From Candidatus Latescibacterota bacterium (GTDB taxonomy: Bacteria > Latescibacterota > UBA2968): a stretch of 64,000 nt of DNA. The notes under the pieces were generated by a model. The model saw nothing but the letters and a program-made list of their open reading frames with translations. It was not told the DNA's origin and did no database searches. Positions 1 to 9,203 of the stretch are shown here, in pieces. The stretch's first letter is position 1. Every line of letters begins with the position of its first letter. Location: the NCBI GenBank assembly GCA_965204375.1, contig OZ241986.1:1056001-1120000 (forward strand), read 5' to 3'. The position numbers and the translations under genes are program-made.

Positions 1-47
1 ATCGCAAGATCATCCCGTTCCACCAGACGACCCGGATCCGAAATAAT

Positions 48-794
48 ATGATTCCAAAAAATCTCACCAATAGAACGGCCATTATCACCGGTGCCGCACA
101 GGGTATTGGAAAAGCGATTGCCATACGCCTTGCTAAGGCCGGTGCAACTGTGGCGATTGCCGATCTCAATCTGGACAGCGCGCGCGAAACGGCTCGAGAA
201 ATCGGGGCAGATGCATTGGCTCTGTCGCTCGATGTTGCAAATGCCGAGCGTGTGCAGAATACCGTTGATGAATGTCTCAATACCTGGGGGCGTATTGACA
301 TCCTTGTCAACAACGCGGGTATTGTGGGGCGCGATGTGCCCGTCAAAGATCTCACGGAAGGGGATTGGGATCAGGTGTTCGATATCAATCTCAAGGGGAC
401 TTTTCTGTGTTCGCGCGCCGTAATCGCGCCTATGCTCAACCAAAAAAAAGGTGCTATAGTCTCGGTCGCCTCCATAGCAGGCAAAGAAGGCAATCCCAGC
501 ATGGCACCTTATTCGGTCTCTAAAGCGGGTATTATATGTTTTACCAAGGTCCTGGCAAAAGAGCATCTCGAGGACAATATTCGCGTCAATTGCGTCTCGC
601 CAGCTCTGATCGAAACCCCACTTTTGGCAGATGTGGAGCCAGAGCAACTCGATTACATGACGTCCAAAATTCCCCTCGGTCGCCTCGGTCAGCCGGAAGA
701 AGTCGCGGCTGTTGTCCACTTTCTCGCATCTGACGATGCTTCTTTTGTGACCGGGCAGTGTTATGATGTCAGCGGTGGCAGGGCGACGTATTAA
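48..794 (+). CDS. SDR family NAD(P)-dependent oxidoreductase (FabG-like)
   Basis: TGAAQGIG Rossmann motif, NNAG, YSVSK (YxxxK) catalytic motif. Confidence 0.92.
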   Translation: MIPKNLTNRTAIITGAAQGIGKAIAIRLAKAGATVAIADLNLDSARETAREIGADALALSLDVANAERVQNTVDECLNTWGRIDILVNNAGIVGRDVPVKDLTEGDWDQVFDINLKGTFLCSRAVIAPMLNQKKGAIVSVASIAGKEGNPSMAPYSVSKAGIICFTKVLAKEHLEDNIRVNCVSPALIETPLLADVEPEQLDYMTSKIPLGRLGQPEEVAAVVHFLASDDASFVTGQCYDVSGGRATY

Positions 795-800
795 TAGGAT

Positions 801-965
801 TTACCCAAGCGGTCGCGCACTGAACACTTCTCTCAAATAGAGAACGACCCACCCGATAGCCGTCACCGCTATCGCCACACCCACAGCAATCAGACACAGC
901 AGCCATCCCGGAGTTCGAGCATCTGGATCGTGATAGGGGTTTCGTCGGGGGTCGTCCCAGCGCAT
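801..965 (-). CDS. Small single-pass membrane protein, 54 aa (not in ORF track)
   Basis: Manual translation MRWDDPRRNPYHDPDARTPGWLLCLIAVGVAIAVTAIGWVVLYLREVFSARPLG*; AGGA upstream; one hydrophobic helix; fills the gap between converging genes. Confidence 0.6.
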   Translation of the reverse strand: MRWDDPRRNPYHDPDARTPGWLLCLIAVGVAIAVTAIGWVVLYLREVFSARPLG

Positions 966-1000
966 GGTCGTGTCCTGAGTGGTATCAGCAATTCATCATC

Positions 1001-1435
1001 TTATAGATCTTCTGAAAATTCGGTGCCTTCTGGTACATCTGTATCGCTTTCAAAACAGATGCGAAATCCATCCGGGTCGTTCAATGAAACAACCCACATT
1101 CCGTTTCCCACAAAGGGATTCGATACCTCGATACCACGATTCTTGATTCTGCGATAGATCGCCAGGGCATCTTCGCACATGAATACAATCGAGACACCTT
1201 CGCCTACTTTTCCTTCGGGCACCCACGAATTGCGTCCTTCCTTTCGAAATTCCTGTAACATCAGCGCGGCGTCCCCACATTGGAGCCAGCACCAGCGAAG
1301 TCTCCCATCCGGTTCCCATTTATGGACCATTTCAAATCCGAGATCCTCGACATAGAAGCGAACAGACGCTTTGATGTTTGATACAGAAAAAAATGGGACT
1401 GCCTGTTTGACATTTGGTTTTGCTTCAGCGTTCAT
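1001..1435 (-). CDS. VOC/glyoxalase/bleomycin-resistance family protein
   Basis: FY..LGF and DPDG..I.F motifs; AAGGAG RBS. Confidence 0.88.
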   Translation of the reverse strand: MNAEAKPNVKQAVPFFSVSNIKASVRFYVEDLGFEMVHKWEPDGRLRWCWLQCGDAALMLQEFRKEGRNSWVPEGKVGEGVSIVFMCEDALAIYRRIKNRGIEVSNPFVGNGMWVVSLNDPDGFRICFESDTDVPEGTEFSEDL

Positions 1436-1468
1436 TGTTCGCTCCTTATGTTTTTAGGGGCTTGCTCT

Positions 1469-1627
1469 TTATTGGAAGATGTAAAATTCTGCAATGACGG
1501 GATCAATGCCGCGCAAATAGAGCAACGAGATTATTGCGAGGATAATAAAGATAGCGACACAGAGGAGCACAAATCCATGTTTTTGATACCACCATTTGGG
1601 GCGGGGGGGGATGTTGGGATCATTCAT
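1469..1627 (-). CDS. Small single-pass membrane protein, 52 aa (not in ORF track)
   Basis: MNDPNIPPRPKWWYQKHGFVLLCVAIFIILAIISLLYLRGIDPVIAEFYIFQ*; ATG overlaps the rdgB stop (ATGA). Confidence 0.65.
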   Translation of the reverse strand: MNDPNIPPRPKWWYQKHGFVLLCVAIFIILAIISLLYLRGIDPVIAEFYIFQ

Positions 1628-2229
1628 GGTATGGACGCGCTGAAAAGGTCGAGAATGCAGGGCAAGATGGCACGCAGAGCCTGGCCCCGGTGACTGATAC
1701 GATTTTTTTCGTCAGAAGATAGCTCGGCGGAAGTGGCGTTGCAGGTGGGAACGTAAAAGAGTGGGTCGTAACCAAAGCCATTCTCTCCTCGGGGTGTTGT
1801 GAGGATGCGCCCCTTCCATATAGCTTCGGTGGTCTGTACGCGACCATCGGGTGTGGCAAGGGCCATCGCGCAGCAAAAGTGCGCTGTGCGTTGTTTCGCG
1901 GGAATGGCGTGCAGATTTTCGACGAGTTTGGCATTGTTCGTCTCATCTGTGGCGTTCTCTCCGGCGTAACGCGCAGAATATATGCCGGGTGCGCCGTTTA
2001 AGGCGTCAACCACAAGTCCGGAGTCATCGGCTAAAGCAGGCAAGCCCGTGTATTTTGCAATTTCACGGGCTTTTTTTTCGGCATTGGCTTCAAAGGTTTC
2101 GCCGTCTTCGATTACTTCGGGTGCGTTGGGAAACGCATCGAGCGATAGGACCTGAATATCAGAGCCGAGCATGTCCTGGATTTCCCTGAGCTTGCCCTGA
2201 TTGCGCGTGGCGAGTATGAGGATAGGCAT
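1624..2229 (-). CDS. rdgB: Non-canonical purine NTP pyrophosphatase RdgB/HAM1
   Basis: ATRNQGK, ADDSGL, GFGYDP, SHR motifs; follows rph; start placed at MPILILAT. Confidence 0.95.
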   Translation of the reverse strand: MPILILATRNQGKLREIQDMLGSDIQVLSLDAFPNAPEVIEDGETFEANAEKKAREIAKYTGLPALADDSGLVVDALNGAPGIYSARYAGENATDETNNAKLVENLHAIPAKQRTAHFCCAMALATPDGRVQTTEAIWKGRILTTPRGENGFGYDPLFYVPTCNATSAELSSDEKNRISHRGQALRAILPCILDLFSASIP

Positions 2230-2234
2230 GGGTT

Positions 2235-2260
2235 TGAAGTGTGAAGTGTGAAGTGTGAAG
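2235..2260. repeat. Heptamer tandem repeat (TGAAGTG)x3.7 between rph and rdgB
   Basis: TGAAGTG TGAAGTG TGAAGTG TGAAG read directly. Confidence 0.85.
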
Positions 2261-2284
2261 GAAGAAATGTAGGGTAACTGGCTA

Positions 2285-3001
2285 TTATTGTGCCAGAACA
2301 TCACGCTGGAGTTGGGTGATGTCGGAGATGCCCTTTTGGCCTAGGGCGATGAGGTGTTGCATCTGGTCGAATGTGAAGGGATTTCCTTCGGCTGTGCCCT
2401 GCACCTCGACAAAGTTGCCCTGACCGGTCATGACGATATTCATATCCACTTCGGCTGTTGCATCTTCGGCATAACACAAATCGAGCATGGGCGTGTTGCC
2501 AATGATGCCCACGCTGACGGCTGCGACGGAATCGCCAAGAGGATTCTTTGTAATACGGTCCTCATTTTTGAGCTTGTCAATCGCATCGACGACTGCAACA
2601 TAAGCTCCCGAAATTGAGGCTGTGCGGGTGCCGCCATCGGCTTGTAACACATCGCAGTCGATCCAGAGGGTACGCGAACCGAGTTTTTTGAGGTCGATCA
2701 CAGCGCGCAGTGCGCGTCCAATTAAGCGTTGAATTTCCTGGGTTCGGCCTTTAGTACCGCGCGTTTCGCGCTCGCTGCGCGTATGGGTCGAACGGGGCAA
2801 CATGGCGTATTCCGCCGTGATCCAGCCCGTGTTTTTGCCCACGAGAAAATGGGGTACGCGGTTCTCAACACTGGCTGTGCATATAACGTGTGTGTCACCC
2901 ATTTTGATCAGTGCCGATCCCTCGGCGTGTTTCATAAATCCGCGTTCAATACTCACGGGACGCAATTGATCTGGGAGGCGTCCATCTATGCGCTGGCTCA
3001 T
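2285..3001 (-). CDS. rph: Ribonuclease PH
   Basis: [38 protein letters not shown] motifs. Confidence 0.97.
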   Translation of the reverse strand: MSQRIDGRLPDQLRPVSIERGFMKHAEGSALIKMGDTHVICTASVENRVPHFLVGKNTGWITAEYAMLPRSTHTRSERETRGTKGRTQEIQRLIGRALRAVIDLKKLGSRTLWIDCDVLQADGGTRTASISGAYVAVVDAIDKLKNEDRITKNPLGDSVAAVSVGIIGNTPMLDLCYAEDATAEVDMNIVMTGQGNFVEVQGTAEGNPFTFDQMQHLIALGQKGISDITQLQRDVLAQ

Positions 3002-3016
3002 AAATGCTCCTTGTTC

Positions 3017-3880
3017 TTACCGTGGATCGATCCATTTCTCTTCGGGATTGCCCAATTCGCGGAAGTCTTGCCCGGTGACGTGGATGATATGACACATTTC
3101 GAGAAAGCGAGAATAGATGCGCCCCTGTGCGAGATCTTTCAATTCATCAACTTTCTGATTTGTGGTCACAAAGGTGAGGCGTTGATTGGCATAGCGGGCG
3201 TCAATGAGGTTGTAGAGAATTTCCATTTCCCATTCGGTATTGCGCTGCACGCCAAAGTCGTCAATGACGAGATAGGGAACATTGCTCAGTACATCAATCA
3301 TGGGCATTGCCTGCCCATGTGTATCACTGCTTTCGTCAAATGTGTGTCTGAGTTCGTGAAAGCTCTTTGAGAGGGAGATAAATTTGCCGGGTTTGACAAA
3401 TCGAAAAATGAGCTCGTTGAGCAAAATATAAGCAAAGTAAGTTTTTCCTCGGCCTGGCTCACCCCACAAATAGAAGCCTTTGATCGATGCTTTATTGCCG
3501 TAAATATTATCGACTAAGGTGCTAAAATAGGACTTGAGGAGTGCCGCTCCCTGGATGGTCTGCCCATTGTCATGCTGCACCTTAAAGTCCTTTAAAAACT
3601 TAAAGCGAAAAGGTGCAGGTATGCCCGATTTTCGGATGTATTTGTCAATGTGGATTATTTTTTTTCGAAAGGGATAACACGGGCACCAGGTGGGTTCGCC
3701 GCTCTTTGGATCCAGGGTCATAAAAGGCGGCTTGCCGCCGCATTGACAGTATCGACAGTGTTCGAGGACTTTTGGAGAGAGTGTGATTTTTCCGTGAAGC
3801 CCCGCTTCGACATGGGGGTCGTAGTCGTAGCCGAGGTCATTGGGGGGAAGGTCAATGCCTGTTGTTTGTGGAGATGTGAT
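3017..3880 (-). CDS. DnaC/DnaI/IstB-like AAA+ ATPase with N-terminal Cys cluster (probable AUC start; ORF-track ATG at 3721)
   Basis: Walker A GEPGRGKT, Walker B LVIDDFG, TTN, RIYSR; frame is open up to the smpB stop and adds CRYCQC before CPC; GGAGGT precedes ATC ATC. Confidence 0.75.
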   Translation of the reverse strand: MTSPQTTGIDLPPNDLGYDYDPHVEAGLHGKITLSPKVLEHCRYCQCGGKPPFMTLDPKSGEPTWCPCYPFRKKIIHIDKYIRKSGIPAPFRFKFLKDFKVQHDNGQTIQGAALLKSYFSTLVDNIYGNKASIKGFYLWGEPGRGKTYFAYILLNELIFRFVKPGKFISLSKSFHELRHTFDESSDTHGQAMPMIDVLSNVPYLVIDDFGVQRNTEWEMEILYNLIDARYANQRLTFVTTNQKVDELKDLAQGRIYSRFLEMCHIIHVTGQDFRELGNPEEKWIDPR

Positions 3881-3883
3881 GAT

Positions 3884-4354
3884 TTACCTCCCGTTGTGAG
3901 TGCGTGTCTTTAACGCCTGTTCGACTTCGCGCTGGGCATCTCGGCGAGCAATATCGCGCCTCTTGTCAAATTGTTTTTTGCCGCGTGCCACGCCGAGTTC
4001 GACTTTGGCTTTGCCGCGTTTGAAATAGAGTTTGAGGGGAATTAATGTATGGCCTCTTTCGTTGATATATCCTCTCAGGCGATTGATTTCATGGCGGTGG
4101 AGCAGCAATTTGCGTTTGCGCTCGGTGTCGTGGTTAAACTGGTTGCCCTGTGCATATTCGCTGATATGCGTGTTGTGCAAATAAGCTTCCCCGTCCTCAA
4201 TGCGCGCGTAGCCATCTTTCAAATTGGCCCGGCCCTCGCGCAGGGCTTTGACTTCTGTGCCCCGCAATTGCAGGCCAGCTTCATAAGTGCTGAGGATGTG
4301 GTAGTCGCGCCGTGCTTTTCGGTTTTGCGCGATAATTTTGATACTTTCTGGCAT
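3884..4354 (-). CDS. smpB: SsrA-binding protein SmpB
   Basis: [31 protein letters not shown]; GGAGG before ATG at 4354. Confidence 0.97.
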   Translation of the reverse strand: MPESIKIIAQNRKARRDYHILSTYEAGLQLRGTEVKALREGRANLKDGYARIEDGEAYLHNTHISEYAQGNQFNHDTERKRKLLLHRHEINRLRGYINERGHTLIPLKLYFKRGKAKVELGVARGKKQFDKRRDIARRDAQREVEQALKTRTHNGR

Positions 4355-4366
4355 TGGCACCTCCGC

Positions 4367-5197
4367 TCATATATCGGGTTGCAGGATGTGCATGAGATGT
4401 TCGAGTTTTTCTGCGCGGTTTGGGTCATCCAAATTTAGATATGTATATCTGAGGTTATTCATCATGCGAAAGAGTGTGAAGGAGTTGCTGGCTTTAGAAA
4501 AAAGATCGTCCGAGATTTTTTCACCAATGAGATCGGCACATTCATTTGCCGTGAGAATCTGACCGCGGTTGTGTGGATCAATATAAATATGTTGATCGTT
4601 GTGGATGTATTTGACGATGTAGTGCTTGGGTAAAGCGACGCCTGAGATAGATAATTCAAGGCGTTGTGCGAGAATGAGATAGATGGCTGAGAGCGTGATC
4701 GGCCAGCCGCGCTTGCGATCGATTACACGATTGAAATACGTATCGTCGGGATCATAGTGTGTAGATGCGTGAAACCCTTGCTCGTCAAAGAGATAATGAT
4801 TGAGCGTGCGAATGATGCGAATGGGATGATCGTCGGGGGCAATCCTGGGTGCGAGCTCAAAGGCCATGTATCCCAGACGCGTTTTGTAAGCACTTTCATC
4901 GAGGTCGGGATATCCAAATCGCGCCAGCGCAAAGACGCCTTCTTCAAGGGCAATATCGCCGTGTTGGTCGCGTGTGAGATTGCGAAACCGCCTGTCCAGA
5001 GACGGTTCTCTAAATTGTCTGAGCACGCGGCTGACTTCTCGGTGTGCGCGCGAGTCTTCAGCGCAGGCACTGTGGATTTCGCGTGTGGCTTTTTCACCCA
5101 GATCATACAGCTTTTGGCGCAGGCGATCCGCGATGTCGGGAGAGCAGTCCGATAGAAGCGATACAATGGCGCGGATTTGTTCGGGGTGGAGTTTCAT
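4367..5197 (-). CDS. SirB1/transglutaminase-like family protein
   Basis: LNHYLF..GF, VIDRKRG.PI.LS.IY, IYIDP..G pattern. Confidence 0.8.
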   Translation of the reverse strand: MKLHPEQIRAIVSLLSDCSPDIADRLRQKLYDLGEKATREIHSACAEDSRAHREVSRVLRQFREPSLDRRFRNLTRDQHGDIALEEGVFALARFGYPDLDESAYKTRLGYMAFELAPRIAPDDHPIRIIRTLNHYLFDEQGFHASTHYDPDDTYFNRVIDRKRGWPITLSAIYLILAQRLELSISGVALPKHYIVKYIHNDQHIYIDPHNRGQILTANECADLIGEKISDDLFSKASNSFTLFRMMNNLRYTYLNLDDPNRAEKLEHLMHILQPDI

Positions 5198-7071
5198 ACG
5201 GGAATACCGCGTTTTTTCAGCATGATCATAAGTAGAGAAATATCAGCAGGCGAAATGCCTGGAATACGAGAGGCCTGTCCCAGTGATCGGGGTCTGATGC
5301 GGGTGAATTTTTCAATAGCTTCATTTCGCAAAGCCGCAATATTGGCATAGTCAAAGTTTTCGGGGATATATTTTTTTTCCAAATTGTAAAAGCGCTGCAC
5401 CTGCTCTTCTTGCCGGTCGAGATATCCCTCGTATTTGAGTTCGATTTCGACCGATTCACATACATCCTCGGGCAGGGTTTCAGAAGCAGGTGACAATTGT
5501 GTGACGATGTCGTAAGACAATTCTGGTCGTCGCAAAAGTTCGGCGAGTGTCACCGCGCGTTTCAACGGAGAAGAATGCGATGCTTTGAGCGCTGTTTGAA
5601 CATTGTCGGTTGGGGTGAGGCGCGTTGATCGCAACCGTCCGACTTCTTCGTCAATTTGTCGTTTGCGTTTGCAAAAGCGGTTGTACGCCTCGCCGGAAAG
5701 CAGTCCAATTTTGCGTCCGAGTTCACACAGGCGCAAATCCGCGTTGTCCTGTCGCAAGAGCAGGCGATATTCGGCCAGCGAGGTAAACATGCGATAGGGT
5801 TCTTCGGTGCCTTTGGTAACGAGGTCGTCAATTAGAACGCCGATATAAGCCTGCGAGCGATCCAGGATTATGGGATCGTCGCCCCGGGCTGTTAAGGCGG
5901 CGTTTATGCCCGCCATAATCCCCTGTCCAGCGGCTTCCTCGTATCCGGTGGTGCCGTTGATTTGCCCCGCAAAAAATAAACCGGCGATGGGTTTGGTTTC
6001 CAGGGTAGGATGGATTTGTGTCGGGGGGACATAGTCGTATTCGACAGCATAGGCCGGGCGCATGATCTCGGCCCGTTCGAGACCGGGAATGCTGCGTACA
6101 ACTTCGACCTGCACATCTTCGGGCAGGCTCATCGACAGTCCATTGAGATAGACTTCAAGGGTGTGATACCCTTCGGGCTCGAGAAAAATTTGATGCCCTT
6201 CCTTGTCGGGAAAGCGCACAATTTTGTCTTCTACCGAGGGGCAATACCGCGGCCCCACACCCTGGATGCGTCCGCTGTACATGGCCGAGCGATCCAGATT
6301 GCTGCGAATAATATCGTGCGTTTTTGGCACAGTCATTGTGAGATGACAGCAGAGTTGCTCTTGCTCGATGGCGTCGGTGTGGTAGGAAAAGGGCCGGGGG
6401 TCTGCATCACCGGGTTGCTCTTCACACGCGCCAAAGTCGATGCTGCGCGCATTGACGCGCGGTGGGGTGCCGGTTTTGAGCCGCCCGAGTTCAAAACCGA
6501 GTTGCGAGAGACCATCGGATGCTTTGTCGGCGGCTTGCTCACCTGCGCGCCCCGCGCTGTAGGAGAAATCGCCCACATGGATGAGGCCCTTGAGGAAGGT
6601 GCCTGTGGTCAGGATCACAGTTTTAGCAGCAAAAACCATTTTGGCTTTGGTGACCACGCCTTCAATGCATCTGTTTTTGACCACGAGGTCTTCGAGCAAG
6701 CCCTGTTTGACATCGAGGTATGGCTGGTTTTCGACTACTTCTTTCATGCGAAACTGGTATGCTTTTTTGTCCGCCTGTGCCCGGGGGGCCTGTACAGCGG
6801 GTCCTCTGCGCCGATTGAGCAGGCGAAATTGCAGGCCCGTGTCGTCAATATTGCGCGCCATTTCACCGCCCAGAGCGTCAATTTCACGCACCATGTGGCC
6901 TTTTGCTATGCCGCCAATGGCCGGGTTGCAAGACATCTGCGCGATGGTGTCGAGGTTCATAGTCAGCAGCAGTGTTTCACATCCCATGCGTGCAGAGGCC
7001 AGTGCAGCTTCTGCACCTGCATGCCCCCCGCCAACAACAATAACATCATACTTTTTTTCGTAGATCGACAT
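5194..7071 (-). CDS. mnmG: tRNA uridine-5-carboxymethylaminomethyl synthesis enzyme MnmG (GidA)
   Basis: GGGHAG, MSCNPAIGG, LKTGTPPR, GPRYCPS, GQINGTTGYEEAA. Confidence 0.98.
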   Translation of the reverse strand: MSIYEKKYDVIVVGGGHAGAEAALASARMGCETLLLTMNLDTIAQMSCNPAIGGIAKGHMVREIDALGGEMARNIDDTGLQFRLLNRRRGPAVQAPRAQADKKAYQFRMKEVVENQPYLDVKQGLLEDLVVKNRCIEGVVTKAKMVFAAKTVILTTGTFLKGLIHVGDFSYSAGRAGEQAADKASDGLSQLGFELGRLKTGTPPRVNARSIDFGACEEQPGDADPRPFSYHTDAIEQEQLCCHLTMTVPKTHDIIRSNLDRSAMYSGRIQGVGPRYCPSVEDKIVRFPDKEGHQIFLEPEGYHTLEVYLNGLSMSLPEDVQVEVVRSIPGLERAEIMRPAYAVEYDYVPPTQIHPTLETKPIAGLFFAGQINGTTGYEEAAGQGIMAGINAALTARGDDPIILDRSQAYIGVLIDDLVTKGTEEPYRMFTSLAEYRLLLRQDNADLRLCELGRKIGLLSGEAYNRFCKRKRQIDEEVGRLRSTRLTPTDNVQTALKASHSSPLKRAVTLAELLRRPELSYDIVTQLSPASETLPEDVCESVEIELKYEGYLDRQEEQVQRFYNLEKKYIPENFDYANIAALRNEAIEKFTRIRPRSLGQASRIPGISPADISLLMIMLKKRGIPV

Positions 7072-7079
7072 ATTCGTTT

Positions 7080-8108
7080 TTACTGCTGGGCGTGTACTGG
7101 TGTGCCAATTGCCAGAAGCTGATCGCTTTTCGATTCGCTTTGAATCGTTTCAACTTCAAATCCCAGATCGGCAATCATCTGGTGCGTATTTTCCACATCC
7201 AGACCACCGGTGGTCAAATATCCTTCCATGAAGAGCGAGTTGGCCGGATAAAGTGATAGGGGTTGGAGAGAGCGGAGGTTTTTTTCTCGCCCACCTGCCA
7301 CGCGAATTTCGGTTGATGGATTGACAAATCGGAACAGACACAATGCGCGCAAGCAATCGTGAGGGGCTAAGGAATTTTGATTTGACAGGGGCGTGCCTGC
7401 GATGGGGTGCAGGAAATTGACGGGGATGGAGTCGATGCTGAGGTCGCGCAACGACACGGCCATATCAATTATATCATCGTGGGTTTCTCCCATGCCGATA
7501 ATGCCGCCGCTGCACGTGTCCAGGCCCGCTTTTTGGATGTTGTACAGGGTTTTTAGGCGGTCTTCGTAGGTATGCGTAGATACAATATGCGGCGTGTGCG
7601 CTTTGCTGGTGTTGAGGTTGTGGTTTACGCGATCGACGCCAGCGTTTTTTAAGCGCTGTGCTTTTTCGCCAGTTAGCAAGCCCAAACAACAACAGATGTC
7701 GATATCTACTTCCCGTTTGATCTGACGCACGACATCTGTAATGGCATCAACTTCATTGTCGGTGGGTGCGCGTCCGCTCGTGACAATGCAGTATCGATAC
7801 GCACCGTTTTCTTTGGCTTCGCGGGCTGCATCTATCATTTCGCGGGCTGGTCGCAGGGGATATTTATCAATAGGTGCGTTTGAGACAGCCGATTGTGAAC
7901 AATAGGCACAATCTTCGGGACACAAGCCACTTTTGGCATTCATCAGCACATGGATGTGTACTTTGGATCCAAAATAATGATGGCGCACCTGGTATGCCGC
8001 GTGTAAAAGTGGTAAAATATCGCGGTCAGGCGTTTGAAGGACAGCGTGCATTTCAGCGGTTGACAAGCCGTTACTGAAGAGAGCTTTTTGGGCATAAAAG
8101 GTGTACAT
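7080..8108 (-). CDS. bioB: Biotin synthase (radical SAM)
   Basis: CPEDCAYCSQS, NHNL, CSGGIIGMGE, IPVNFL, RVAGGRE, GYLTT. Confidence 0.96.
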   Translation of the reverse strand: MYTFYAQKALFSNGLSTAEMHAVLQTPDRDILPLLHAAYQVRHHYFGSKVHIHVLMNAKSGLCPEDCAYCSQSAVSNAPIDKYPLRPAREMIDAAREAKENGAYRYCIVTSGRAPTDNEVDAITDVVRQIKREVDIDICCCLGLLTGEKAQRLKNAGVDRVNHNLNTSKAHTPHIVSTHTYEDRLKTLYNIQKAGLDTCSGGIIGMGETHDDIIDMAVSLRDLSIDSIPVNFLHPIAGTPLSNQNSLAPHDCLRALCLFRFVNPSTEIRVAGGREKNLRSLQPLSLYPANSLFMEGYLTTGGLDVENTHQMIADLGFEVETIQSESKSDQLLAIGTPVHAQQ

Positions 8109-8390
8109 AGTATGTCCTGAATATCTGTACTTTATGAATGTAACAGATTGTTAAACATCAGTGTTATGAATAAAATTGCTTCTTGCGACGAATTGGAAAT
8201 ATATCCATTTCACGCTTATGAGACAAGGTAAATCACATCGGGAATCGTCGAAATTATTGGCTGATTTTGCAGTGGATTTTTTGGTGAGATTTTTTACATT
8301 TGAGAACGATTTTGTCGCGCGTTGATCTATTCTTGTGTAATTGCGGGGGAAGACGGTGCAATAGAAATGGGATAAGATCTCTGTTTATCG

Positions 8391-8419
8391 TTGACAACTT
8401 CGGACCTTTTTTCTATTAT
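8391..8419 (+). promoter_or_regulatory. sigma70-type promoter for the TPR-efp-acc operon
   Basis: TTGACA-N17-TATTAT about 30 nt upstream of ATG 8451. Confidence 0.65.
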
Positions 8420-8450
8420 GCCCGATCTTTTTCAGGGGTAAATTACTTCT

Positions 8451-9203
8451 ATGTTGGAAATAAAAAAACTTCAAAAAATCTGTGATCAAAATCCGACATC
8501 CATTTTATTTGCACGTCTGGCAGATGGGTTGTTGCAGCGTGGAGAGGTCACACGCGCAATTGAGGTGTGTCTCCGCGGATTGCGCTATCGCCCGTCTTAT
8601 ACGGCGGGCTATGTGGTGATGGGCAAGTGCTATCAGGCTGCCGGGCATTATGAAGAAGCGCGTCTGGCGTTTCAAAAAGTATTGCAATTAGATGCTGGTC
8701 ATCTTGCCGCACATTGGTATATGGGCAAAATCGCTTTGCAATTGGGCCGCGATGACCTCGCGCTCAAATATTTTGAACAGGCTCATGCACGCGATCCATT
8801 TAGTCCCGAACTTATAGAGCAGATTCGCAAACTCAAGGGCGAGGAGCTTGAAGAGGAGCAAGATAACGGTCCTGAGCCTGCAGACGCGAATACCGATTCT
8901 GGAGATCAGGAAGTCGTATCTGAGAGCGAGGCATTTGATCAGGCCCTCTTAGAGGAAGAAGTCGAGGATGATTTAGATACGCTGGTTACGTCGCTTAAAC
9001 GCGAGCCAAAATCCGGGAGGGAGGCCCCTGTTATTGCAACGAAAACGCTGGCTGAGCTGTACGCGAGTCAGGGCCTTATTCAGGAGGCCATCGCAGTTTT
9101 GGAACAGGTGATTGCACGCGAACCCGATAATGAGCATATTATTGCCCGCCTATATGAGTTGCGGAATTTATCAGAGGAATCGGGGCATGAATCAGGAGTA
9201 TGA
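8451..9203 (+). CDS. Tetratricopeptide repeat protein
   Basis: N-terminal TPR helices, acidic linker, C-terminal TLAELYASQG TPR. Confidence 0.85.
   Translation: MLEIKKLQKICDQNPTSILFARLADGLLQRGEVTRAIEVCLRGLRYRPSYTAGYVVMGKCYQAAGHYEEARLAFQKVLQLDAGHLAAHWYMGKIALQLGRDDLALKYFEQAHARDPFSPELIEQIRKLKGEELEEEQDNGPEPADANTDSGDQEVVSESEAFDQALLEEEVEDDLDTLVTSLKREPKSGREAPVIATKTLAELYASQGLIQEAIAVLEQVIAREPDNEHIIARLYELRNLSEESGHESGV

Noticed and set aside
2230-2304. N-terminal extension of RdgB (FTLHTSHF)
   Set aside because: It is the translation of the heptamer repeat; the family motif starts at MPILILAT
3884-4366. tmRNA gene or integrated element near smpB
   Set aside because: No room and no tRNA-like ends; flanks are coding
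6010-7122. 370-aa plus-strand ORF and many similar long antisense ORFs (e.g. 25240-26250, 42913-43809, 48141-49010)
   Set aside because: Shadow frames opposite well-supported genes; no motifs
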